Source: Coleofasciculus sp. (GTDB lineage Bacteria > Cyanobacteriota > Cyanobacteriia > Cyanobacteriales > Coleofasciculaceae). From it: a stretch of DNA of 24,000 nucleotides. The stretch's first letter is position 1. Each line of letters begins with the position of its first letter. The DNA is taken from NCBI GenBank assembly GCA_046539235.1, contig JBKHHI010000018.1, forward strand, positions 6,561-30,560. The letters run 5' to 3'. Below are positions 14,804 through 22,094 of this stretch, piece by piece. The position numbers were made by a program, and so were the translations under genes. The notes under the pieces were generated by a model that had not been told where the DNA came from, searched no databases, and saw nothing but the letters and a program-made list of their open reading frames with translations.

Positions 14804-15052
14804 GTTTCAATCCCTGATAGGGATTCAGGGGAATTCCAAGTATCAATCAGGCAGTTTCCAGTCTGATTGGTGCGTTTCAATCCCTGATAGGGATTCAGGG
14901 GAATTCCAAGCATTGATGCAATGATCGCCAAGTACGGGCTAACAGTTTCAATCCCTGATAGGGATTCAGGGGAATTCCAAGAAAATAATGGGGAAAGTAA
15001 TAATGGCTGGTAAGAGTTTCAATCCCTGATAGGGATTCAGGGGAATTCCAAG
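14804..15052 (-). CRISPR. Orphan CRISPR mini-array: 4 identical 37-nt repeats (plus strand GTTTCAATCCCTGATAGGGATTCAGGGGAATTCCAAG) and 3 spacers (33, 34, 34 nt)
   Basis: Repeats at 14804-14840, 14874-14910, 14945-14981 and 15016-15052. Spacers at 14841-14873, 14911-14944 and 14982-15015. The repeat has an internal 7-bp stem AATCCCT/AGGGATT. On the minus strand it ends ...CCCTATCAGGGATTGAAAC, the usual Cas6-type 3' handle, so minus-strand transcription with the leader at 15053 onward is inferred. No cas genes are in the window. Confidence 0.9.
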
Positions 15053-15421
15053 GGCGGTCATCTGGAAACCTGACACTATGTAGTTTTCATGGTACGGTTG
15101 CGCGGCTGATGAAAATAATAGCATCTCAGGGATAGGTCTTGGCAAGAGTCTATTCATAAAATCTCCTGAAAACCAGTTACAGCAAGCTTTTCAAGATTTG
15201 CGCGGCTGAGATTTTGCCGTAATGAGGTTCAACCTCTTGTACACAAAGCAATTCAGCCATTTTTCTCAACGGCTTCAAAAAAACACCTACCCATCCGCGC
15301 ATTAACCTAAATCAATGACAAGGCGGCAAATCCTAACTGGATAAGGAATACAGCCTCAAATTTTAACTCGTCGGAAAAAACACCTACTGGTTGTCGCATC
15401 TAGACCGAGAAACTGGCATGA

Positions 15422-16291
15422 TTGGGTAGAAGTTCACCAAGCTATCCTACTGTGAGTGCGATCGCGCTCTTTCTTGTTAACCAACACCAAGCAAGGATCA
15501 ACTTAGTTGTGGCAATTATCCCCAGACTCATAGGATTAGGCTTAATTTTAGTCTACTGCTTTTGGATCAATCCAGCACTAGCCGGACAATTAGCCGATCG
15601 CATGGCGCAGTTTCCCGATTGGCACACTAAACCCCCAGTAACGGCGGCGATGGGGGATTTGGTTTATCCCGATTGGATGGAGGGAACTTGGAATGTTACC
15701 AGCACCCTCATCGAACAAGTTACACCCTTAGCGCCAGAAATAGTCACGCCGGGATTTAAGAGTAATCGCCGCTATTTAAATCAGCCGATGCAGTTTCAGG
15801 TACGGTTTGAACGGGTGGATCAAGTTCAATCGAAATCTCGCGATCGCATTATACCCCTTCCCCAGCAAACAGAATCCGGCGTAGTTGCGGATCGAGAATT
15901 TAATGGCTTGAATATCGCCCAAGCCTATCTCGGCGAAGACGCCATTCGTTCAGTCAAGGTTGATCCGGCGTCTGTAAATCGGCAAATAACCGAATTGCGA
16001 TCGGGACGCCAACTTATCTCTATTGTTACAGGTCGAAACACAGAAACCCCCAGCCGCGATCGCTTTATTGCCACAGAAGTCACTAACCAATACTTTCGCG
16101 GTACAACCCAACCCTATTTAAATCAGGTGGAAACCACAACCGCTTATGATCAATTGCCATCACCAGATTCCGGAATTGAAGCATGGCAAATCACCGCGAT
16201 TTACCTTTCCCCTCAAGATCCTGATTATTTTCAGGCGTTGGATCAACCCGTCGCCTTGTATCGGTATCGACTCCAATTAGAACCGATCTAA
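15422..16291 (+). CDS. Conserved hypothetical protein with an N-terminal signal/anchor (function unknown)
   Basis: 289-codon ORF whose track start is TTG. More plausible starts are GTG 15452 or GTG 15509 (giving MAIIPRLIGLGLILVYCFWINPALA-GQ, which is signal-peptide-like). The mature part (FPDWHTKPP..YPDWMEGTWNV...) has no motif I can assign. Confidence 0.65.
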   Translation: MGRSSPSYPTVSAIALFLVNQHQARINLVVAIIPRLIGLGLILVYCFWINPALAGQLADRMAQFPDWHTKPPVTAAMGDLVYPDWMEGTWNVTSTLIEQVTPLAPEIVTPGFKSNRRYLNQPMQFQVRFERVDQVQSKSRDRIIPLPQQTESGVVADREFNGLNIAQAYLGEDAIRSVKVDPASVNRQITELRSGRQLISIVTGRNTETPSRDRFIATEVTNQYFRGTTQPYLNQVETTTAYDQLPSPDSGIEAWQITAIYLSPQDPDYFQALDQPVALYRYRLQLEPI

Positions 16292-16559
16292 TCGTTATGA
16301 CTTGCTGAATAATGGTTGGGGTAAGAGAAGGAAACAGGGGAAAGGTAAGAAGCCAGACAATAAGCTGTCATGCCTTTAAATTGGGAATGGGTAGTGAGCA
16401 AGATGCAAAGCCTGCGGCATGGCTTCGCTAAACGCACTGAACGTGATTTCGCCATTATTGATATTAAGGTTTAAATGCCGAACAGCTTACTGTAGCCGGG
16501 GTCAAATAAATTAAAGTCGGGCTTATCTGAGCAATATTCAACCGGACATGATATTATAA

Positions 16560-16730
16560 TTAAAAATCCCACATTGCTATTAAAGTGCCAGGATTTGCTG
16601 ATAATTTAATCCACCGACACGTTAATTTTTTCTTACTCAGAGGCTTGGCATCCATCAAGAAGGCTTTGCCTGTTAATCTAGAACTATCATAAATTGTTTC
16701 TTTGCGGGATTTCTCTTTCACTCCTTTCAT
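16560..16730 (-). CDS. Possible 56-aa basic small protein
   Basis: ATG at 16730 is preceded by AGGAG at a 7-nt spacing. Translation: MKGVKEKSRKETIYDSSRLTGKAFLMDAKPLSKKKLTCRWIKLSANPGTLIAMWDF*. It falls below the ORF-track length cutoff and no family was recognised. Confidence 0.3.
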   Translation of the reverse strand: MKGVKEKSRKETIYDSSRLTGKAFLMDAKPLSKKKLTCRWIKLSANPGTLIAMWDF

Positions 16731-16846
16731 CGTTTCGCTCCTGAGCTAATGGCATGAATTAACCCAAGCTTAACCTGTTAGTTAAGCGTTTTGGTGAAGC
16801 AGTAATGAAGGTTGAACTCAAAACTGTAAAGCTTTTATTTTTTGTT

Positions 16847-16862
16847 TTCAAAGATTATTGAT
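16847..16862. promoter_or_regulatory. Inverted repeat TTCAA-AGATTA-TTGAT upstream of arsS; third copy of the candidate ArsR operator motif
   Basis: Read directly. It abuts block A of the shared upstream module, about 260 nt upstream of the arsS ATG. Confidence 0.35.
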
Positions 16863-17017
16863 AAGTAGTCGGACAAAAGAAAACAGCACGCTCACTAAGT
16901 TTTGTAAACAACCCTCAAACCCTTACAAAGGACGTAGCTTGCTTCTTTTCGGAAAGCGAGTATGACGAATGACGAATGACTGATTCTCAGCAAAAACTCA
17001 TTGAACTGCTGTTTAAT
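16862..17017 (+). other. arsS upstream module, copy 2: block A TAAGTAGTCGGAC (16862-16874), block B CCCTCAAACCCTTAC (16912-16926), heptamers ATGACGA x2 (16962-16982), block C GATTCTCAGCAAAAACTCATTGAACTGCTGTTTAAT (16982-17017)
   Basis: Blocks match the arsM upstream copy at 13/13, 15/15 and 30/36 positions, in the same order and orientation. Confidence 0.7.
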
Positions 17018-17120
17018 TGATCTCGGTCAGACTAAATGATTTATTATAGACTCAGCTAGCCGATATGGATTTGGCTAGTCAGATGCTGAAGTCAAGATAC
17101 ATTTCCAGAGATTTAACGTA

Positions 17121-18116
17121 ATGACACAGACAGCCACATTAGCGGTAACCCCGTTTAGTCAAAAACTGAGGACACCTTTAACCAAAAATCAAATTACGGT
17201 TCTGCAAATCAATCTGGGAAAACGCTGTAATCTCGCCTGTACCCATTGCCATGTAGAAGCGGGACCTAAACGCACGGAAGAACTGACCCCGGAAATCTGT
17301 GACCAACTTATCGAACTGATTCATCGCTTCCCGCAAATCCAAACCGTTGATTTAACCGGGGGTGCGCCGGAAATGAATTATGGGTTTAAACCCTTAGTTG
17401 AAGCAGCGCGGGCAATGGGAAAGGAGGTGATTGTGCGGTCAAATTTGACAATTTTCTTTGAACCGGGATTCCAGGATTTGCCAGAATATTTTGCCCAACA
17501 TCAGGTGAGAGTTGTTGCCTCGCTTCCCTGCTATTTAGAGGATAATGTGGATAAAATGCGGGGGAAAGGAGTTTACAATGATTCGATTCGGGCAATTCAA
17601 CGGTTAAATCAATTGGGGTATGGAAAAAATCCGCAGTTAATCCTGGATTTGGTTTATAATCCAGCGTTGCCTGTGAGTGAAGATTTTTACTTAACGCCGA
17701 ATCAGGTGAAGTTGGAACAGGACTATAAACGGTTCCTTAAGGAAAATTTTGATATTGAGTTTAACCAGTTGTTCGCGATTACCAATTTACCCATTGGCAG
17801 AACCAAGTTTTATCTGCAACGAACCAAGCTGTATACACCGTATCTGAAGTTTCTGGAAGATAATTTTAATCCGACGACGGTGGAACATTTGATGTGTCGA
17901 AATGAACTCTCGATTGATTATCGAGGAAATGTTTACGACTGTGATTTTAATCAGATGGAAGAAATACCCGCTAAGTCTCGCACTGGGGAAACGTTAACCG
18001 TGGGTAAGCTATTAGCCGCAGGAAGCTTAGATATCATTGACGAAATTCGCACAGCTTCCTATTGTTACGGTTGCACCGCCGGGTGTGGTTCGAGTTGCGG
18101 TGGTGCTTTGACTTGA
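17121..18116 (+). CDS. arsS: Radical SAM / Cys-rich-domain protein ArsS (arsenosugar biosynthesis)
   Basis: 331-aa ORF. Radical SAM motif CNLACTHC (CX3CX2C) near the N-terminus, TGGAPEMN, and a C-terminal Cys-rich tail SYCYGCTAGCGSSCGG typical of this family. Confidence 0.85.
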   Translation: MTQTATLAVTPFSQKLRTPLTKNQITVLQINLGKRCNLACTHCHVEAGPKRTEELTPEICDQLIELIHRFPQIQTVDLTGGAPEMNYGFKPLVEAARAMGKEVIVRSNLTIFFEPGFQDLPEYFAQHQVRVVASLPCYLEDNVDKMRGKGVYNDSIRAIQRLNQLGYGKNPQLILDLVYNPALPVSEDFYLTPNQVKLEQDYKRFLKENFDIEFNQLFAITNLPIGRTKFYLQRTKLYTPYLKFLEDNFNPTTVEHLMCRNELSIDYRGNVYDCDFNQMEEIPAKSRTGETLTVGKLLAAGSLDIIDEIRTASYCYGCTAGCGSSCGGALT

Positions 18117-18137
18117 GTGCAGGGGATTCAGGTTATC

Positions 18138-18179
18138 ATGACAAATGACTAATGACAAATGACCAATGACCAATAACAA
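18138..18179. repeat. Heptamer tract ATGACAA ATGACTA ATGACAA ATGACCA ATGACCA ATAACAA (TGACCAA is the complement of the classical STRR heptamer TTGGTCA)
   Basis: Read directly. It fills the gap between the convergent arsS and ROK kinase stop codons. Confidence 0.95.
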
Positions 18180-18180
18180 C

Positions 18181-19077
18181 TCATAATTCATCATTTCTCA
18201 TTTGCAGTGCTAATTTGGCAGCCCCAACCATTCCCGCCTGATTACCTAGCGTAGCGGGAAGTAACTGTAAACCTGTACGAGAACTCGGTAACACTCGACG
18301 TTCAATTTCTGCCCAAGCCGCCGGGAAGAAAAATTTGGCACTTGCACTAACTCCACCGCCAATAATAATCGCTTCTGGAGTGAGGACATAAATTAAACTC
18401 GCCAATCCTGCACCTAAATCCCGTCCGTAATGGTGCCAAAATTCTAACGCCTTTGGATTGCCTTCATTTGCCAAAATCCCCAGTTCAGCTGGTTCTTTTC
18501 CGGTACGGTGACGAATTGCCCCAATGGACAGATATTGTTCCAGAGAACCTTGATTGCCACTATTACAAGGTGGACCCTCTGGATTTAACGTGATTAACCC
18601 TAACTCCCCGGCTGCGCCCTGAGCACCGACAAAGAGTTTCCCATCTAGAATAACTGCACCGCCGACGCCAGTACCCAACGTTAGCATAATCAAATGGCGA
18701 AACTGACGTCCTGCACCTAACCAAGCTTCGCCTAAACCCGCGCAATTGGCATCATTGGCGATAATCGTCGGACAACCTGTTTTAGCTTCTAACCAATCGG
18801 CTAGGGGAATATCATGCCAATCATTGAGGTTAATCGCAACTCGGGCAATCCGTCCGGCTGCATCAGCAGGTCCGGGAGTACCCACACCAATGGCAATCAC
18901 GCTATGGTTAGTATCAAGTTGTGCGATCGCGTCAGCCATTACCTCAACCACGGCTTTTGGAGTTGAGGGTTGGGGCGTCGCCACCGTTACAGATTGGATG
19001 CAAGTGCCATTTTTCTGGAAAAGTCCCAGCTTAATCGCGGTTCCGCCTAAGTCAATACCAATTACATCATTTGTCAT
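18181..19077 (-). CDS. ROK-family sugar kinase (probable glucokinase)
   Basis: 298-aa ORF. N-terminal ATP-binding motif IGIDLGGTAIKLGLF; DANCAGLGEAWLGAG; GTGVGGAVILDGKL. Confidence 0.85.
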   Translation of the reverse strand: MTNDVIGIDLGGTAIKLGLFQKNGTCIQSVTVATPQPSTPKAVVEVMADAIAQLDTNHSVIAIGVGTPGPADAAGRIARVAINLNDWHDIPLADWLEAKTGCPTIIANDANCAGLGEAWLGAGRQFRHLIMLTLGTGVGGAVILDGKLFVGAQGAAGELGLITLNPEGPPCNSGNQGSLEQYLSIGAIRHRTGKEPAELGILANEGNPKALEFWHHYGRDLGAGLASLIYVLTPEAIIIGGGVSASAKFFFPAAWAEIERRVLPSSRTGLQLLPATLGNQAGMVGAAKLALQMRNDEL

Positions 19078-19104
19078 TTGTCAGGGAACGGGGAACAGGG
19101 AACA
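19068..19104. repeat. Two abutting heptamer tracts: CATTTGT x2 (overlapping the ROK kinase start codon) and GGGAACG/GGGAACA x3
   Basis: Read directly. The ATG at 19075-19077 (minus strand) is part of the TGACAAA repeat (ATGACAAATGATG). Confidence 0.9.
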
Positions 19105-19156
19105 CCTCGACTTCGCTCGGTGTGTCACAGGGAACAGGCTATATTATTAAATCACA

Positions 19157-19702
19157 TTAATCGGCAATATTAAATGAATTCCAAAAGGCTTGGAAGTCTT
19201 GTGCGGCGCGGCGGTAATTAGCTTCTTTGTGTTCTAAAACAGCTTGGGAGATTTCGCCATCTTGGTATTGTTCTTGGGCAAGTTCAAATTCGAGTTTAGC
19301 GATTTGATACGCTTGTTTTTTCAGCGTACCTTCTACCGAACCCACCCAGTTGGGAAAACCCAGATGCTGCGTTTCCCAGTCAGTATGACCAATTTCCGCC
19401 ATTTTGCGATCGCCTAAAATGGGTTGGCTGGTTTCGGTTAACTGTTGGAAGCTGGACAGGGCTTGTTTAATTTGCTGAATTCGTTCTAGAGAATTTGAGA
19501 GAGAAAAGCGTTCGTTTAGAGTATCGTCAATGGGTTCATCGGGATGAATCGGAGAGAGGAATGGACTATCTTGAGATACATTGTCGGGTTTAGGTAGTTG
19601 GGCGACAGAACTTGTCCACCACAACCCTGCACTAGCAAGAGGGATGAGTAATAACCCGCCAATGGCGGCGAAACCTATAGACTTGGGTTGGATAAATTTC
19701 AT
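19157..19702 (-). CDS. Hypothetical secreted or membrane-anchored protein
   Basis: 181-aa ORF with an ATG start and an N-terminal hydrophobic segment FAAIGGLLLIPLASAGLWW. The rest is helical and Q/E-rich with no recognisable motif. Confidence 0.6.
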   Translation of the reverse strand: MKFIQPKSIGFAAIGGLLLIPLASAGLWWTSSVAQLPKPDNVSQDSPFLSPIHPDEPIDDTLNERFSLSNSLERIQQIKQALSSFQQLTETSQPILGDRKMAEIGHTDWETQHLGFPNWVGSVEGTLKKQAYQIAKLEFELAQEQYQDGEISQAVLEHKEANYRRAAQDFQAFWNSFNIAD

Positions 19703-19782
19703 AAAAATCTGAATTCCCAGCTTTTAATTATTCGACGAGAGTGAGACAATTTCCGGTTCCTTTGGAATAGGAGATTGGTGAC

Positions 19783-19812
19783 TGTAGAGACGTAGCATGC
19801 TACGTCTCTACA
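19783..19812. repeat. Perfect 30-bp palindrome TGTAGAGACGTAGCATGCTACGTCTCTACA; possible bidirectional terminator downstream of the permease gene
   Basis: Read directly. It lies 26 nt downstream of the permease stop codon (19838) and belongs to the same family as 8250-8277. Confidence 0.85.
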
Positions 19813-19837
19813 CCTGTAAACCTCTCCCTCATCTCCC

Positions 19838-20713
19838 CTATCGCCCACGGGGATTAATGATCTCCGTTAATCCTTCTCCCAATAGCGATAAACCAATCAC
19901 CATAGATGTCATCGCTAAACCGGGGAATAAAGCTGTCCACCAAATCCCTGTAGGTAAAGCATCCAGCGCTTGACGCAAATCATGTCCCCATTCTGGGGTT
20001 TCTGCCGGTAGTCCTAGTCCCAAGAATCCCAGTCCACCTAAAATTAAAATAGCGTCGGCGGCGTTGAGGGTAAATAACACCGGGACGCTTTGAATCACAT
20101 TCAGAAATAGGTAACGGGAAAGAACCCGCCTAGGGGAAGCACCCATCGCTTGCGCGGCTTCGATAAATAATTCCGTTTTGACGCTGGCGGTATGGTTACG
20201 GACAACGCGATAATATTGGGGAACATAAGAAATACTCAGTGCGATCGCGGCATTAAATACGCCTCGCCCAACCACAAAGGCTAAGGTAATAGATAACAGC
20301 AATCCCGGCAAAGTATAGATCGTATCCATCAAAAACAGCAACACCCGATCCAATTTACCGCCGAGATATCCACTAACTAACCCCAAAGGAACACCAATAA
20401 TTAAACTCAAGCTGGTTGCTAGAATCACCACCTTTAACGCCGCTTGAGTACCAAATAAGGTGCGGGAGAAAACATCATACCCTTGGCGTGTCGTACCGAA
20501 CCAGTGTTCACCACCGGGAGGTTCATGAATCGGGTTAATCAGGGATGCGGTGGGATCTTGCAGCCATCCCCATGCTTGAAAAACAGGGGCAAAAATAGCG
20601 ATGAGGATGAACACCAAGGTGATAATCACCCCCACCGCCATCAGTTTCATCGAAAGGCTGGCATATCGGCTAAAACGTAAAAGATGAGGCAATCGCAGTC
20701 GCGTCAGGGTCAT
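19838..20713 (-). CDS. ABC transporter permease subunit, DppC/OppC/NikC type
   Basis: Has the EAA-loop IEAAQAMGASPRRVLSRYLFLNV and about 6 TM segments. The track start at 20719 is TTG; the ATG at 20713 is preferred, giving an ATGA overlap with the NUDIX stop codon. Confidence 0.85.
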   Translation of the reverse strand: MTLTRLRLPHLLRFSRYASLSMKLMAVGVIITLVFILIAIFAPVFQAWGWLQDPTASLINPIHEPPGGEHWFGTTRQGYDVFSRTLFGTQAALKVVILATSLSLIIGVPLGLVSGYLGGKLDRVLLFLMDTIYTLPGLLLSITLAFVVGRGVFNAAIALSISYVPQYYRVVRNHTASVKTELFIEAAQAMGASPRRVLSRYLFLNVIQSVPVLFTLNAADAILILGGLGFLGLGLPAETPEWGHDLRQALDALPTGIWWTALFPGLAMTSMVIGLSLLGEGLTEIINPRGR

Positions 20714-21147
20714 TGGCAAGGTTTCCTCGCCAAGAAATCTAATAAAATTGTCTGGTGAGGTTGCCCTAAGGGACGCACCTGACCCGCTACTTCCGAATAA
20801 GCCTGACCCGCCTGAATTTGTTCGGGCGTCAATAAACCCAGATCCCAGCCCTCTTGTAATACCAATTGATTCAATTCCACCGTTAAAGGGGCGTGGAATA
20901 TATGACGAATAACCTGGGCATCATTATAGCAATCAAACGTTGCCAATTGGGGGGGAGAATAGGAAATCTCTTCGAGTAATTCTCGCCGCATCCCCACCTC
21001 TGGCGTTTCTCCGGGTTCAAGATGACCGCCAAAGAACCCCCAGCACCCCGGATAAAGAATGCCAGGGATATCGTTCCTAAGCTGCATCAGGAACCGTCCC
21101 GAACGGTAGAGAATCGCGATCGCGACTTCAATTGATTGACTCTTCAT
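20710..21147 (-). CDS. NUDIX hydrolase
   Basis: NUDIX box GGHLEPGETPEVGMRRELLEEI. The start was moved to the ATG at 21147 (MKSQSIEVAIAILY) because the longer track ORF overlaps the upstream gene. Confidence 0.85.
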   Translation of the reverse strand: MKSQSIEVAIAILYRSGRFLMQLRNDIPGILYPGCWGFFGGHLEPGETPEVGMRRELLEEISYSPPQLATFDCYNDAQVIRHIFHAPLTVELNQLVLQEGWDLGLLTPEQIQAGQAYSEVAGQVRPLGQPHQTILLDFLARKPCQ

Positions 21148-21151
21148 AAAA

Positions 21152-21547
21152 TTATTCAGCTTTCCGTTCAAGCTGTTCGGTTTCCTGAAGGTAAACTTCA
21201 CCCATTTCTTGCCCACCGATGGGAATACTTTGGAATTGTAGCTGTCCCCCAATTACCACCTGATCACCCACATTGGGAAGTTCTTGATTGCTCACGACCC
21301 AAATTTTGCCCGTGGTATCCTCAAGTTGATAAGCCCCTGAGTTCAAAAAGGGGGCTTGGGTGATGACTTGACCTTGAAGGTAAACCACTTCCTGGGCATT
21401 CTGATCAGATGGGAGTTCACTAATCGCCGTAACATCTACAGTGTTAGCGCTACCCATACCATTCGGACTACCTAGCAAAGGAACATTGCTACAACTTACC
21501 AGTCCTCCCCCAAACAGCAAAGCGCACATTGGCAGTAGATAAAACAT
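21152..21547 (-). CDS. Small lipoprotein, possibly OB-fold-like
   Basis: Taken from the internal ATG at 21547: MFYLLPMCALLFGGGLVSC with lipobox LVSC. The upstream 70 codons of the track ORF look non-coding. Its stop codon lies 4 nt before the NUDIX start. Confidence 0.6.
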   Translation of the reverse strand: MFYLLPMCALLFGGGLVSCSNVPLLGSPNGMGSANTVDVTAISELPSDQNAQEVVYLQGQVITQAPFLNSGAYQLEDTTGKIWVVSNQELPNVGDQVVIGGQLQFQSIPIGGQEMGEVYLQETEQLERKAE

Positions 21548-22014
21548 AGTTGACCTTTGGCGGGTTGGAATTGACGAGCAAAGGCGTGAGCGATGGTCGT
21601 TTTGAGCAGACATTGCCATGACTGTTCCCCACGCTAAATAGTGTACATCCCGGTTATAGCTTAGATGCTTGAGAATTGAATAGCGGGTGAGTGACACCAC
21701 TGCCCGTACAATAATCAAAGTCCTTTGATGTCTGTTAATCTTTAACCTGCCCGTCAACTACCCCGCCTATAGTCTAGCTATAGACGAAGCTTGAAAAAGT
21801 TTATGTTGACCAGCCTAGGTTCTCAGAGAACTACGTTATGTCCAAGTGTTAAAGTTCCTACCAGGGAATGCGTAGCTAGTTCCCTGCTCTAGAACCCCAC
21901 CATTAAACAGGTCATAGGGAAAAGCCAGTGTGGTGGAGAAAGTACCGAGACATAACTTTGGCGAAGCTAACGTTACTCCGTGCGGGGAAGACGCCCAAAA
22001 ACCATTGGGCAATT

Positions 22015-22041
22015 GGGTAGAAACTGCACCTCTTTCTACCC
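22015..22041 (+). terminator. Hairpin GGGTAGAAA-ctgcacctc-TTTCTACCC followed by ACCACTTTTG; terminator- or attenuator-like element upstream of folD
   Basis: 9-bp perfect stem read directly. The T-run is only 4 nt, so assignment as an intrinsic terminator is tentative. Confidence 0.35.
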
Positions 22042-22094
22042 ACCACTTTTGAATCAGTTCACTTACTTAGGAGGCGTGGCTTTCGTCTTCGCCC

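Noticed and set aside
15083-15119. Possible fifth, degenerate CRISPR repeat starting GTTTTCAT, 30 nt after repeat 4.
   Set aside because: Only about 11 of 37 positions match the repeat. The segment is better explained as a short hairpin related to the TIRs of the 8831-8999 MITE.
14721-15157. Track ORFs 14721..14924(+), 14728..14931(-) and 14966..15157(-).
   Set aside because: They are translations of the CRISPR repeats and spacers (the recurring peptide FQSLIGIQGNSK comes from the repeat).
15053-15421. Idea that the mini-array plus repeated motifs and a TGTACA (15238-15243) represent the end of a CRISPR-associated Tn7-like transposon (type V-K-like), or that a tracrRNA is encoded here.
   Set aside because: No tnsB, tnsC, tniQ or cas12k is in the window. 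No anti-repeat complementary to the CRISPR repeat was found in the flanks. The repeat resembles Cas6-processed I-D/III-type repeats instead.
18563-19150. Track ORFs 18563..18745(-) and 18746..19150(+) overlapping the ROK kinase.
   Set aside because: Out-of-frame or antisense shadows in a GC-rich gene, with no motifs.
20483-21757. Track ORFs 20483..20680(+) and 21136..21363(+), and the long N-terminal extensions of 20710..21252 and 21152..21757.
   Set aside because: The extensions overlap neighbouring genes and lack protein-like composition. Internal ATGs at 21147 and 21547 give compact, non-overlapping genes with sensible N-termini (the NUDIX start and a lipoprotein signal peptide).
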